DNA from: Octopus sinensis
Lineage: Eukaryota
NCBI RefSeq assembly: GCF_006345805.1
Contig: NC_043008.1
Location: 78,616,001-78,680,000, forward strand
Direction: 5' to 3'
DNA length: 64,000 bases
The position numbers were made by a program, and so were the translations under genes. Of the stretch, positions 39,520 to 53,750 are shown in pieces. The notes under the pieces were generated by a model. The model was not told the DNA's origin. It saw only the letters and a list, made by a program, of their open reading frames with translations, and did no database searches. Every line of letters begins with the position of its first letter. The stretch's first letter is position 1.

Positions 39520-40330
39520 ACCCCATAGAGAAAGCCTTCACCTTCACTGCCTACTTTGCCACACTACACAAACTTAGCTAATCTTCACCTTCTACTCCTA
39601 TAGGCTCCCAACCTCACACACACACTAAGTACAAAAATATCTCTGGCTGCTTCAAACAAAGCCATTAGCCCTGACAATGTTCCTTTCATATAAACATTAC
39701 ACTTCAACATTGCAACTTAGAACTTACTACTATACTCATCAAACTTTAATCTCTCACACTCTACATGGATATACCTTGACATTCGGAAGCATACTTCATT
39801 GTGTCCCATTTCAAAGAAAGACAATCCTTTCAACCCAACCAAAGCTTTCATTTCTAACATCTCTAATGGAAACAGCCATTAATCACAATACTCTCTAAAC
39901 ACCTTGAATCACTCTTTCCTCAGTGACACCCTGGAACAGTGCCAGAACTACTAGAGACCAACTCTCTTATGTTATTTACCAGTGGGTTCTCACTTTAGAG
40001 AAATTCAATGAAAGTGACATAATTCTAGACACCAGCAAAAACCTTCAACAATATATGGCATACAAGTTTACAAACAAAATTTCCTGTCTATGGGCTTCAT
40101 CCATCTCTCATCCTTTGTATCAGAAGCTTCCTATCAAGTCACACCTTTGTAGCATGTGTAGATGGAGCCCTTTTTCTCCCACTCTCAATCAGTTCTGGTG
40201 CTCTCTGTGGCTTAGTTTTGTCTCCAATTCTCTTCCTTCTATACATCAATTACTTCTATATCTTACAACTCCCACTCTTATGCAGACGATATTACCCTAC
40301 ATTCATCCCCAACTTTCCTAAGCTATTTAT
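39520..40330 (+). mobile_element. Highly decayed LINE RT remnant (Jockey/CR1-like)
   Basis: SISSGALCGLVLSPILFLLYIN and YADD in shifted frames. Confidence 0.5.
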
Positions 40331-40870
40331 CATTCACATGTAACATAGACATTATCATCACTTTTCCATGCCGGTATAAGTCAGAGAGAATATGCTGATT
40401 CAGATTTTCCATAACCAGATGCTCTTCCTGTCACAAACCCTCAGTAAGGTAATATTTTTCCATGATTGGATATGTTTTCATGGAATACTGGAAATGAAGG
40501 ACACTGCTTGTAAGACAGTGGAACTTGCTTACAAATACTACACGATGTTCATGCAAGGGGACAGTAACACACGTATGTGCGTACATACGTATGTACGAAA
40601 ATCCTGCATGTATAGCATTCAGAATGCTCACAGTGGAATCTTCAAATGTTGGATCTTACTATCACCAAAGGTCTCTTCTAGGCCACAAGGTATTTCAACC
40701 TTCAACTACTGTTGATACTCTACAAGGCCTACAATGGACTACTGTGTTCACATCTGTAATGCTACTGCTATTACACAACACAGGTATCCTGGACTGCATC
40801 CAGAGTACTTGACTGAGTGGCATTTAGTCACTGAGAAGCATACTTCAGCTTCTTGTCCACAGGCACGCTA

Positions 40871-40931
<61 letters not shown>

Positions 40932-40974
40932 TTCAGTGTTATAATGGCTTCTGTTTCTCAGATCTTGTTGATTT

Positions 40975-41335
40975 CCACCACTGAATGCTAGACCAAGCCA
41001 TGAAAGTTACTGAGAGGGTTATAGCTAAATTGATTAGAAATAGAATTAAACTAGAAGAGATGCAGTTTGGTTTTGTACTTGGAAAGAGAACTACAGATGC
41101 CATTGTACTTAGCCTTCACCGACTTGGAGAAAACTTTCAACAGAGTTCCCCTCCCTGTTATATGGTGGTCTCTAAGAACATTAGGAGTAGAGGAGTGGCT
41201 TGTTAGAGCTGTACAAGCTATGTACAGTGGTGCTGTCAGTAAGGTGAGAGTTTGTCATGAATACAGTGATGAATTTAGTGTACAGGTAGGGGTTCATCAG
41301 GGCTCAGTTCTCAGCCCACTCTTATTCATTATAGT
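40975..41335 (+). mobile_element. RTE LINE fragment related to the element at 58680-61330
   Basis: MKVTERVIA..EMQFGFV, DLEKTFNRVP, VGVHQGSVLSPLLF. Confidence 0.85.
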
Positions 41336-41559
41336 AGAAAAGTATATTATCCAATGTTTCTTTCCTTTTGAAAATGATAGGATGTGATTTGAGGAATAGT
41401 GGACTGCTTTTTCTGGTGAGTTGAATGGCAATGGCTCATGCCCCATTACATTTCTAAACACAGGTGAAATAAACATTGGAGATGCTTTGTTCCATGCAGA
41501 AACTGAAGGAGCTATTCAGAGGTATTGCAAACTCTTCTAAATCCATCACAATGTTGAAA

Positions 41560-41960
41560 ATCCTGTATAAGTAGGTGTCTCAGGATCAAAAGCATTTCAC
41601 TCCTTAGCTTTTGCCTGAGTGGAGCAACAAAGACTCAATTAGTGTTCACTTGTGAAAAGGTTCCACCTGTAGTCTCTTGTCAACAACTGCCACAATGAGC
41701 TCACCTCAGCTGTTATGCCTATCTCTATGGTGGCTTTCTTCAGTTGTCTGGGTCCCAGACCAATCTTCTGCAAGAAATAGCATGCAGATCTAACTGGAAA
41801 GCTGTGGTAGCTGGTTCCAATAGGAAATGAAATTACATGTCATCTCTTGACAAGGGTCTTGATGATAAAATCCTGATATTAGATTTTCTTTTGCTGGTCA
41901 AAAATTTCGAATCTGTCCTCCCAGGGTACTGTAAGTTCAATTGTGCTGACTGTTTATGAG
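41560..41960 (-). mobile_element. Remnant of an RLE-type non-LTR retrotransposon (R2/HERO-like) 3' end
   Basis: Minus strand at ~41950-41900 reads IELTVPWEDRFE, typical of the restriction-like endonuclease domain. Confidence 0.55.
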
Positions 41961-42248
41961 TGCAAAAACAATCATCACAATTGAACAGTACAGTCTACAT
42001 TTCATTGTAGACTCTAAGCTCTCACCTTCATACCTGAAAGTCATGCCATACAGTAACTACTAAGAATTTTTTAAATATTAAAGCACAATATCATAAATTC
42101 ATAGCTGGGAGAAATGTGATGGTTACATTCTTAACATTCTCAATCAAACAGCAGTGTAAATGAAATGGCTTTAGAAAAAATCCATAAATGGCTGGTAATT
42201 TGCTCTTTTTTTACTGTTATGGCCATATTTGTCGGTAATTATACTTAC

Positions 42249-42371
42249 CAAAAGGCATCATTATTTCTTCTTGATAGATTTGTTCTATTGAACGTTTCAG
42301 GGGATCTACTTTTGTTAAAAGTACATCAACATAAAGGCCAAAAGTAAAGGCATGATAACCTGATTGTGTAC
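42249..42371 (-). CDS. Beta-lactamase-family serine hydrolase, internal exon with catalytic Tyr motif
   Basis: attttgtag acceptor and gtaagt donor; 123 nt, phase 1/1. Reads (G)TQSGYHAFTFGLYVDVLLTKVDPLKRSIEQIYQEEIMMPF, matching the PGTxxGYHxxTFG motif. Confidence 0.92.
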
Positions 42372-43064
42372 CTACAAAATACAAAAACAAAGAAAAATAT
42401 ATTTACATAAAATAATCATACTTATTTCTGATATGAACTCTGTATTCCTGATGGTGTTTAATGAAATTAAAAGAAACTAGTAGTGACTAGACCCAGTGAA
42501 AGAATTATATCTTTGATGTCTGCGCCATTTAACTAGTATATATCTACATTCATTATGCACATATTTTCCCCCCAAAGGAACTTTTTGTTTCCCTCTGTCA
42601 TTTTCTAATAAAAGCTTAGCTTAGGTACATCAAACAACATACCTATAATATGAAATATATAGACACCATCAATATTTAAGAGTGTAAGAAAGTTCAACAT
42701 GAAAGACTCGAAATGATTGATAACTTCTGATGTTCTAAAAGTTATTTCAGAATTCATTTTATTTCAAAATATAATTAAATTTAGTCACACATTCAATTTG
42801 TTTATTATGCTTATTAAAAAGTAACTTTTGTCATATCAACTTTTAATCTTTGAATAGAAATGCATAAATGAATGTATTGTTAGAAAATATATTTAAGCAA
42901 TACGTTCATTGATGAGAAGTGGAGAGGAATTAATAAGAATTTGTTGGGTTCATTCTGATTAAGAACGCTACTTATTAGTTTAAAGTTTCAATAATTTATA
43001 TTAATTTTTCAGTATAAAAAAAAACCATGTAACTGTATGTTTTCCTTAAATTAAGTATACTTAC

Positions 43065-43170
43065 CAGGAATCCAATTAGGTTTTTGGGCAGCTAGGATGG
43101 AAATAAAACGTTCATAATCAGAAGAAATCAAACTTAATTCCAATGGCTTATCAAAAGCATTCAGACCAGC
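43065..43170 (-). CDS. Beta-lactamase-family serine hydrolase, internal exon
   Basis: ctttttacag acceptor and gtaagt donor; 106 nt, phase 0/1. Reads AGLNAFDKPLELSLISSDYERFISILAAQKPNWIP(G). Confidence 0.9.
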
Positions 43171-44171
43171 CTGTAAAAAGTAAGAATTAATTAGAACAAA
43201 ATGAATTCTTCTACAAAAAGAAATTTCCATGAAATCTAAACAACTGGTTTGGATATCAAAGTGGAAGCCTGTTTCCATTCAACTTTATAAAATGAAAACA
43301 ATGGCAATCAATTGTACAGAAATAAATAACATAAAGCTAATGTTCATATAACAATGTCTGTGAAGTCTGTGTCTACAAGCTGACACACATTGATTAATAT
43401 ATGTCCACCATTAGTTATAAAACAAAAGACACAAATAGCAAGTATACTTCCTGTTAGCACATGGAACTAACTAACAAACTAAACCTCACTTCCCTAATAT
43501 AAATATACAGTAATCCCTTGACTATCATAGGTGTTACATTCCCAAATCCCCTGTGGTAGGTGAAAATCCATAAAGTACAAATAGTACTGTTATTTTTATA
43601 ATTTGTATATATTTATTTTATCATAAATGCAAAACAACACCATGGAAGAATTGACGTAAGCTTAAATAATGAACCACGATAGGATTACTATATATCTAAA
43701 ATGTTTTCCAACACACACAAAAGAAATGTCTTTGAAAACATAAGATATCAAAATGTGCCATCTTTGGTACTCAATTTGTGGTACAGTTTCCTTGAAAGTC
43801 TGTGCTAATTTCTACTAGATCTATACAAACTTCAATGTTTTTGGGGAGATTTTTAATTACTTAAAAATCAGTAGATGGTCAATCAATCTGAAACTTTTAC
43901 TCCAAACTAGCTTTTAGCAATCTATTAGTCAAATTGTCTGTTTTTCCTTTCTCTTCTTGCTTAAAATTTCAAGTAAGATAAGCAAACAGAGGTAATTTGC
44001 AAAGAAAATGAAACCTAGCTTAAAAGTTCAGATACAAATATGTAAACATGCTACCACCATGTGAAGAATATGAAACCTTGTAGCCAACTTAAGCTGTTGA
44101 AACAACTTTCTTTTAATATCGGAAAACATTTCTGAAAGTAAACTTCTCTCTCTAAATTTTGTATTTCAAAT

Positions 44172-47100
44172 AGTCGTGGCAAGAGTCACGACACCCCCTG
44201 TAAGAATAGACTTGACCAAAAGACTATAAACAGTGGCGGTGTCAGTGAGCAGGAGAGTAGGCATTAATCACAGGAAGTCGTAAAGTGTTATTTTGGTAAT
44301 TTGTCAGAATATCGTTTGTTGGTTCGTGTATTGTTCATGGAGAGTTTGTTGGATTGTTGTACTGTTGTAATCCTGCTTCGTTATATTTTTCATATATGGA
44401 AAGCGGACGCTAAATGATGATGATGATGATGATGATGATGTTACTACACGGTTATAGTGTAAACAAGTATTGTCATAAATAGTGGCAATACAACAATAAT
44501 TGGTGACAAGTAAGTATGAAACAATATTGGCAACAAGGATTCGAAGCTCACGCAGGTCAGTTAATAAATTTTTGTGATACAAATTTGTTAATGATGGAAG
44601 ACCTATTAGCTTCTATAATACTGTTACACCAACAACTGCAACAGTTAATGAAGCTGTATCTTAAGAAATCCAGAAACATTATAAGTTTGTTTTCGCCAGA
44701 CTACATATCAAACTCTATAACAGAATCCCAGAGGAGGGTATAACATTTGCAACATACTTTAGAAGGTACAAAGACATCTTCAGAGAAGATTGCAAGTCAT
44801 AGACAAACAATGGAAAAGTAAGACTATTAATACATAAATCAGCACCAGCTAAACATGAAAAATATTGTAATTTCATACTACCGAAAAAAAACAAGTGAAA
44901 TTTGTTTCCAGAAAACAGTCAAACCACTATCAAAAATATTCAGCGGTAAGAGTTCCTTATTTAACACTTGATGGGAGTGTTGGAATCTAGTTAAAAGAGA
45001 GAGGATGAAGACTTTGTCACATATGCCAGGACCGTACATGTGCGAAAGATCTAAAGTGAAGGAACTAACTCCTGATATATTTAAGTGCCTCACTTTTGTA
45101 CAAGGGCTTACGGCAAACAAAGATGCAGAGATATATGCAAGAATTCTCATAAAACTTGAACAAGCAGACCAAAGTTTAACCCTGTAGGCAGTTGCCAAGG
45201 AGTGTCAAAGAATGGTAAGTTTACATTAGGAGTAAAGAAAATTGAAGAGAAGGTGTTCTCACTAGTACAAGCATGCTAACCGAGAAGGTATAAACAAAAA
45301 AATGTTAAGACCAAACCCATGCTACAGATGTGGAGCCCTACATTTCAGGAAGGATTATCCTTTCAAAACGCAAAAATGTTACAGCTGCCAAAAAGTAGGA
45401 CACAAGAGCTCACATTTCAAAGCAAAGTTAGTAAGGTCGAACATAAAAAAATTCTAAAGTTTTCTCAACAATAAGTAGTAGCGACACCAAAAAGAGGAAA
45501 TTTGTACATGTAAATGTAAACAAAGTGAATATTAAGTTACAACTAGATACTGGTAGCGACATCTCGATTATTAATACTGACATGTGGATAAGAATTGGGA
45601 AACCAATATTAAGTAAAACATCAAAAATTGCCACTGCACTTCGTAGGTGAAATATGGAGTGATATCACATTTCGGGAGAAAAACCTGTTGAACAAAAGTT
45701 TTTGTGGTAAAAAATGCATCCAATCTGTTCAGTATGAACTAGTTGAAATTGTTTGACTTATGGGACCTCTCCATAAGTCTGTTGTGTAAAAATATAAATA
45801 GCTGTCCCACCAGTGAAAATAATTCAGCAGTTGAATTGAAGAAAAAATTTTAAAACTTGTTTCCTGAACTGCTGTCAGATAAATTATATCTCTAAGACTG
45901 AGGCCTGTTTTCAAATAAAGGAAAATGTTGTAACTGTATCCAAACCTGGTAGAAAGGTACCATTTGCTGTGATGAAGCAGACATAGGAAGAATTAGACAG
46001 ACTGAAGAAATTATGAAATATTCAAAAGTAGAGTGGGCAGCACCAACTGTGTGCATTAAAAAAATAACAAAATCAGGGTGTATACCAATGCCTCCCCCAA
46101 CTAACATATTTGACATTACATGCTTTTCTTGGCCTAGCGAACTATTATGAAAATTACATCCAAAGCATGTATGAATTGAGAGCTCCACTTAATAATTTGC
46201 TAAAGAAAGACACCAAATGGAATTGTTCAAATAAGGGAATCTCGTGATCAGCATATCGAACATGTGAAGTGTGTTTTTCAAAAAATTAGAGATTACATTT
46301 TCACACTCATTCAGGAGAAATATGAATTCTTTTTGCCTAAAATTAGATATTTAGTACAAATTATAGATAAAAATGGATGATGACGTGACCCGTCAAGAGC
46401 AGACGCAATTAAAAAGATGCCTCCCCCAACTAACATATTTGACATTACATGTTTTTCTTGGCCTAGCGAACTATTATGAAAATTACATACAAAGCATGTA
46501 TGAATTGAGAGCTCCACTTAATAATTTGCTAAAGAAAGACACCAAATGGAATTGTTCAAATAATTGTCAAAAGGCATTTCTGGATATTAAAAAATATTAA
46601 TTTTGGATTTGTCGCTGACTCATTTTGCTCCTGTTGTAGCTTCTGAATATGGTATAGGAGCAATTTTACTACACAAATATAAAGATGGTAATATGAAGAT
46701 GGTGGTTCATGCCTCACGTGCTCTAAGTGCAGCAGAAAAAAAAACTACAGTCAGATAGAGAAAGAAGCTCTAGTGATTATTTTTGCCATGAAGAAATTTC
46801 AGATTTCTCCATGGTAGAAGTTTTTGGCTTCAGATGGACCACCAACCGTTACTATCAATTTTTGGGTCAAAGAAAGGAATTCCTACCCGTACAGCAAAGA
46901 GATTACAATGCTGGGGTACAATATTGTTAAGTTATAATTTTAAGAAGGAGTACATTCGTTCTAAGAAAATTGGTCATGTGGATTGTTTATCTAGACTAAT
47001 TCTGAAGAATGCAGAACCACTGGAAGATAGGATGATCACCACATTACAATCAGAAAAAGAGATTGAAAGGTAATCTCATAATCAGCATATCAAACATGAG

Positions 47101-48767
47101 ATTTAAAACGTTATGTGTAATGTCATTCAGGAGTTGCCAGTGACTGTATAGGATATAAAAAGTAAATCAGCAGAAGACAAATACATCATAAAAATGAAGG
47201 AAACCTTGAAAAATAAACAAAAAAGAAACACGAATGTGAATCATTTTTCACTCTGTGACCATGTATTAATGTACGCACAAAGAGTGTTAGTACCAACTGC
47301 ACTACAGAAATGGATATTACATGAATTTCAATGTGGACACCTGGGGATGTGAAGAATGAAAGCTTTGATGATGAGTTACGGGTATTGGCTGACAATGGAC
47401 TGAGAGATTGAAAATTTGGTAAAATCATGTAGAGGTTTGTGCTAGCAGCCAAGGCACCATAGGTGAAATACCAATTGTGCCCTGAGATAGATAGTCCATG
47501 TTCCAGGATACATACTCTTTACTTGTTTCAGTCATTTTGACTGTGGCCATGCTGGAGCACCACCTTTAAGATAAATAATAGATAAAAATGGACCAGTGAC
47601 TGGTATGTACTACTTAATCATTGTCGACAGCTTTACCAAGTGGCTTGAAGTATGTAGGTGCAGTCAACCTACCCCAATGGCTACAATAAAGTTCCTGCAC
47701 GAACTTTTTGCTTGATACGTTGTTCTGGACACCATAGTATCGGACAATGGGACACAATTTACAGGGTACAAGTTCATAAAATTCTGCAAAATACATGCAA
47801 TGAAGCATATGTTTACCCTGCCCTACCACCCGAGATCAAATGAGCAAGTAGAACAATACTTTCAAGAGAGTGCTAAAAAAAGCAAGGAACGAGTTAGGAA
47901 ATGATGAAGTGCTAAATTCTTAAGGGTGTACAGAATACTAATTCAGGCAAGTCACCTGCAGACCTAATGTTACTCGAAAGATTAAATCAATCTTCAACAA
48001 ATCGTTGCCAAAGGAAAAACGTACAAAGAAAATACAAAAAATTCAACTAAACATTTTGATGTCAGAGATGAAGTCAATTTCAAAGTATACAAGAATGGTA
48101 AAGAGAGTTGGGAGGACATTGTAGTGACTAAAAGAAGTGGAAACATGATGTATTTAATAAAAGGTTGATGATGGGAGCATAAACCACACCTAAATCAATT
48201 AAAAATCAGACATACAGAAGAAAGGAAAGAAATTCCAATGGAAGTGTTTGACGACATGCTCGATGTGCCAGCACCAAAAGAGATTGAGCCTAGAAGGAGC
48301 AGTGACAGAAAACATAAACAGACAAACATTTAGAAATAATTCTTAAGAATAAAAGGTACTGAACTCATTAGAGAAGCAAAATTTCAAAAAGGGAGGTGTT
48401 GGAAAGAAGGAAAAAAAATAATAAAATAAATTTTGTTTCCTACAGAAGCCAAAATCTCAAAACGAGAGATATGGCAAGAGTCATGACACCCCCTTTGAGA
48501 ATAGACTTGTCCAAACGGCTATAAATAGTAACAACCAGAGTGAGAGGAAGAATAGGCGTTAATAGCAGGTAGTCGTAAGGTGTCGTTTTGGTAGTTTGTC
48601 AGAATATCATTTGTAGGTGCATATATAGCTTGTGGAGAGTTTGTTGGACGTTGTTGTAATCTTGCTTTGTTATATATTTTATTGTTCTTACAAGCTTATA
48701 GTGTAAACAAGTATCGTCATAAATAGTGGCGATACAACAATAATTAGCAACAAGTAACTATGTTACA
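44172..48767 (+). mobile_element. Decayed Ty3/Gypsy provirus with two diverged LTRs (~44172-44523 and ~48470-48767)
   Basis: LTRs ggcaagagtca.gacaccccc...gtgtaaacaagtat.gtcataaatagtggc; PBS-like tggcaacaagg at ~44528. Gag Zn knuckles CYRCG/CYSCQKVGH, protease LDTGSD, RNase H NYSQIEKEAL, integrase IVSDNGTQF; many stops. Confidence 0.9.
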
Positions 48768-49500
48768 AAACTTATAATTTATGATTTAACTGAGAAAAGG
48801 TTTGAAAATCTTCAGCTAATCTTAATGTCTGTTTTCTCACCGGTGATTTCAGCATACTTAGATCCCAGTCATTGAAATCAATCATTTTTCATGATTTCAT
48901 GCCTCTCCTGCTCTATATAAACTTCCTTTTTATCTTTCTTAACATTCTTCTATAATTACTAGAAATCCTCACATACTCATGTTTTGTAATTTCATGTATT
49001 GTTCCCAAGTTTAATAATTGTAGCATAACTAAATATGCATTTTAAATGTTCATAGAAAATTTAAATGTAGTGAATATTTTAAACATCTAAACTTTACATT
49101 AATGATTTTAATACATGCTTTACTACCACATTTGAAATTTTTTCAAAATTCCATAGTCATAAGCAATTACATCATAGAAAAACTATTTTAGTGATCTAAA
49201 AATTCCCCAAACTGTAAAATTCACATTACATTTATTTCTTGAAGCATCAAAAATATTTGTGTACACCTGCAATTTGGTCTCTGACACAATTTCACTACAT
49301 AATATAACTAAAAAAATTCCTACATTTGTTATTCTAAAATATAGAGTTCATGTTTAATTATTCACTTCATTATAAATTATTGCTTTCATACTAGGGTTAC
49401 ATCATTTGAACTGCAAATTTCACCCAGGAAAATATTGAAAAAATTTTAATCCAATAATAGGAAATTTTTATAAAGAAAAGAAAAGAAGTAATATATTTAC

Positions 49501-49600
49501 CTGGTGATTCACCAACATTTCCACAGTAATTGCTTCCTTATTATTCTGAGCAAATTCTGGCCAGTAGTGACTAACTCGTTGTTTGTAATCCAGGTAACCT
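49501..49600 (-). CDS. Beta-lactamase-family serine hydrolase, most 5' exon found in the window
   Basis: aaatcag acceptor and gtaaat donor; 100 nt. Reads GYLDYKQRVSHYWPEFAQNNKEAITVEMLVNHQ and splices to AGL, giving the classic YWPEFAxNxKxxITVxxLxxHxAGL motif. Confidence 0.9.
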
Positions 49601-49914
49601 CTGATTTATATATATATATATAAGCAATAATTATAACAATAGAGAATATGGAGACTTGTTCATCCTCAAAATTTATTTCCTTTTATTTTACAATTTCATA
49701 GAGCATATTTTATGACTGACAACTCATAGTAGTCACTGACATTAAAAACTAATTGATGTGGTTAGCCATAACCTGGAACATAACTGAGAGTCACCACAGT
49801 ATCCACCCAGATAATATATTTCTCTAAACTCACATTAATTTATATATATATATAGGTTAAAGTAAAAGGGAGAGGCAATGAAAACCCCTTGTATTTCATT
49901 CAGAGTTTCGCATT

Positions 49915-49987
49915 TCTGTTTGGTGGACAGTTTTCTTTAGAATGCATATTGCAGGATGAACGGGAATGTGAAACTCTGAGTAACAGA
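49915..49987 (+). ncRNA. Decayed HHR motif
   Basis: tctgt-TTGGTGG-aca...tgt-GAAACTCTGAGTA-acaga. Stems I and III intact, core mutated. Confidence 0.45.
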
Positions 49988-50045
49988 TTCTGAAATATCT
50001 TTGCTGCTTTTTTAATAAAGTATATATATATATATATATATGCGC

Positions 50046-50106
<61 letters not shown>

Positions 50107-50160
50107 TATATATACATATACATACACACACACACATATATACATACACACACATACACA

Positions 50161-50255
<95 letters not shown>

Positions 50256-50477
50256 GAAATGAGTACTCAGAAATTCAGATGGTTTTATATTTACAGATAT
50301 TTATTTGTATATTTCACGTTTTTATACATCATATAACTTAGATCATGTATTAGCACTTTCTCCCATTCTAGTGGGGTTTTCAAATGGAACTTATATCTGT
50401 AAATATAAAACCATCCGAATTTCTGAGTACCTCATTTCTTCTAATATAAAATACCTGTACATCATCTCCAAACCTTT

Positions 50478-50527
<50 letters not shown>

Positions 50528-51327
50528 CATATATATATATATACATATATATTCATACATACATATATACATATATATACATATACACATATATACATAT
50601 TACCACACTAACCAAAACATCAATCCTAACCCATCATCTCTAACCGCCATGTATTTTTCTGTATCTCTTTATTCTTATCTCACTTTATCTCTATGTCCAC
50701 TTTTTTATTTTTTTTATCCTTTATCCTTTTATTTTTCATCTTTATTTTTTCACTTCTTTATCTTTATTTTTATTTCCCTGTTATTTTTTACTTTTCATTT
50801 TACTCTTTACCCCTTAGGTCTTGTACCTTCTACACTGTCACAATACATTTCTAGAATTTATGACCATATACATGACATCCTTTGTATCTCTATATACTTA
50901 TTTATTTACATCTTTGCTCTTTTATTACATTTTGCACTTACTACTATCCTGTATAATCATGTTTAAATTTATACATATACTTTTTCCTCTTTATGATCCC
51001 AACTTCATTAAAGATTCACCCCCTTCTACCTCTTTCTCTCAACATCCAAACCCCTCATTCTCTATCGAGTGAAAAATGGTATGGACGTTTTGTTTTGGTG
51101 TCTCGCTATGCGACTATAAGGATTTACCTTCCCAATGAAACTCGTTTTTTTCCAAAACTTTTTCTCAAACCTGCTATAAAGTAATATATGTTTTTGGTGT
51201 GGTAATTGTACATGGCTGAAGAAGGCTGTTGACCTACATGTTATATCAATTATGCATTGATATAAATTATTCAATAAAGCCAGAAACATATGTACCGCAA
51301 AATCCTTTGCATCCTGTTTTCCTTTTG

Positions 51328-51402
<75 letters not shown>

Positions 51403-51417
51403 TATACATGTATATAT

Positions 51418-51463
<46 letters not shown>

Positions 51464-52237
51464 TAGAAATATATATATACATATATATACATATATATAT
51501 ACAAATATATATATACACACATATATATATACATATATATACATATATTAGAAAAAAATAAGGTACTCAGAAACCTGGATGGTTGTACATTTACAAATTT
51601 TTATTAATACGTCACATATTTTTATAAATCATATATTAACATTTGCATCTACTCTAGTAGATTCTTCAGGTTTGAATTTTTTGAGGGAATTCCTCTCTTG
51701 TTATAGTATTATTCAGTGTGTATGAATGGAAAGAGATATAGGATAGTAAAAGAGGGTGAGGAATGGGAAGAAAGTGAGAGAGAGAAAGAGTCTGTGTGTG
51801 TGTGTGTGTATCTGAATGGAGTGTCAATGGAAAAGAGAAGGAAAGAAAGAAGGAAGAGAGAAAGAAGAAAAAATATGTTTATGTCTATACAGTTGGTCAG
51901 TTCTTTCAATAGAAAGTGATGAGTTGATTCTTGGCCTTTAAAAATGGCAAAACCAGGGGCCTACTCTAAGGAAGGGGGGGGGGTCTTGTTTTGATAAAAG
52001 TTATTTTTTTTAAAAATTGTCTGGATTTATTATCATTGTCATCATCATTGTCCAGTGAGAGGGAGTGTGTGTGTGTTTTTCTTTTTTTGTGTGTGTGCCT
52101 GTGTATCTGAAAGTAGTGTCAATGGAAAAGTGAAGGAAAGAGAGAAGGAAGAAAGGAAGAAAAAAGTGTGTTTACATCTATACAGCTGTTCAGTTCTTTC
52201 AATAAATGACAAGTTGGTTAATAACTTTTGTATGTAT

Positions 52238-52285
<48 letters not shown>

Positions 52286-52583
52286 AAAATAGTAAAGAGT
52301 GAAAAAATGACAGAAGGCTTAAATGTTAAAAAATATATATATTTGCGTCAAAATGTCTGGAGAATATTGGAAAAATTTTTTTCCCCTCCTTAAAATGACA
52401 TAATTTTATAATTTTTAAAGAAATACCGGTTTCGCAGTTAGCTCTTCAAATTTCTTGTGACTTAATGTTTATTTTTAATAACGTAATCCTTGTATTTTTG
52501 CTACGGAGAGTTCTAAATAAGGGAAAGTAGTGAGTGATTTCTTCTGGTGTAAGGGAGATAATCGCTTAAAAACATTTTTTCCT

Positions 52584-53748
52584 TTAGTGTGAATTTCTCT
52601 GTATTATTGAGTTCGGATAGTTGAGTCTGGGTTTGTACTTTTCAATGAAGAATGTTTCCTTATTTAGTCTAATTTGTGATGATGATCCGAAAGCACATTG
52701 GTAAAATGGAAAGATTAAAAATTGTGGTTGTAGTTGCTTTGCGCATTTCTCAATGTGTTCACTAAAAGGTATCATTCTATATTCTGGGAATGCAATCTGT
52801 TGTCGATGCAGTGTGCATCTACGTCTGAGTGATAGTCCCGTGGACCCCACGTAGTCTTGGTGGCAGCCCGAGCATTTAATGACATAAATTATGTTTTCAG
52901 AGGCACAAGTAAAGTTAGATTTGATCTTGAATTTCTGTCCCTCTTTAAAGAAGAATTCTGATCCTTCCAATAGGTTAGGACATGTTGCACAGTTCGATCT
53001 ACCACATTTTTTTACTTTTGCATCCGTAATTTTAGAAGACAATTTTGCCTTTGTGAGAATCTTTTTAAGTGATTTAGGCTGTTTGTAGCTTTTAATGATT
53101 TGGTGTATGTTTAGAATTTCCTTTAATTTGGGGTTTTTATGAAGTATTGGTAAATTCTGGGTGATGATGGTGAAAGCTTCTTTGTTTCTGGGGTTGTATG
53201 TAGATATGTAAGGTAGTATTTTCGGGGAAGGTGTGTTGTTGTGTTGAACTTTTCTTAAAGTTTCTATGTTGATTTCTGTTGCACGTCTGATCCCATCCTC
53301 TATGAGTTGAGTTGGGTAATGTCTGTCAATTAAGGTGTTTTTGAGTTCTTGCAGTCTGAAGTTCCTGGTGTTTTGTTCTGACACTATTGTGCATATCCTT
53401 CTTGCAAGGTTGAAGGGGATGTTTGTTTTAGTGTGTCTTGGGTGGCATGAACTAAAAAGAAGGTATTGTTTGGCGTCTGTGGCTTTGTAGAAAATGTCTG
53501 TTTCTATTTTAAGGTTAATTTTTTTAATTAGTATATCCAAGAACGGGAGTTCCTTTTGGTTGTATTCCATTGTGAACTGTATATTTGGGTTTATGCTGTT
53601 CAATAGGTTTTTAAATTTTAAGAGTTTATCTGTGTTTTCATTCCAGAGAATAAAACAATCGTCCAAGAATCGTTTCCAGTTCTCTTTTATGTATTGAGAG
53701 AGGGGGTTTCCAAAGATTGATAAGGATTCCTGGTAAATGGTTATTTCC
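52584..53748 (-). CDS. PLE RT C-terminus + GIY-YIG endonuclease, uninterrupted but 5'-truncated (left arm)
   Basis: WKRFLDDCF, LPFLDILI, YLLFSSCHP, CGRSNCATC, IIYVIKCSGCHQDYVGST, EHIEKC. The N-terminal MIRIP is read from the opposite arm. Confidence 0.85.
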
Positions 53749-53750
53749 AT

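Noticed and set aside
5061-49600. Bacterial beta-lactamase from contamination or recent horizontal transfer
   Set aside because: The gene has spliceosomal introns, and this hydrolase family is widespread in invertebrates.
6-51544. Many ORFs rich in YI, CV or HT dipeptides
   Set aside because: They are translations of (TA)n, (TG)n and (CA)n microsatellites, not genes.
50340-51675. HHR-like remnants at ~50345-50390 and ~51635-51675 (minus)
   Set aside because: Cores are mutated and stem I is not convincing; probably decayed pLTRs, so not listed as features.
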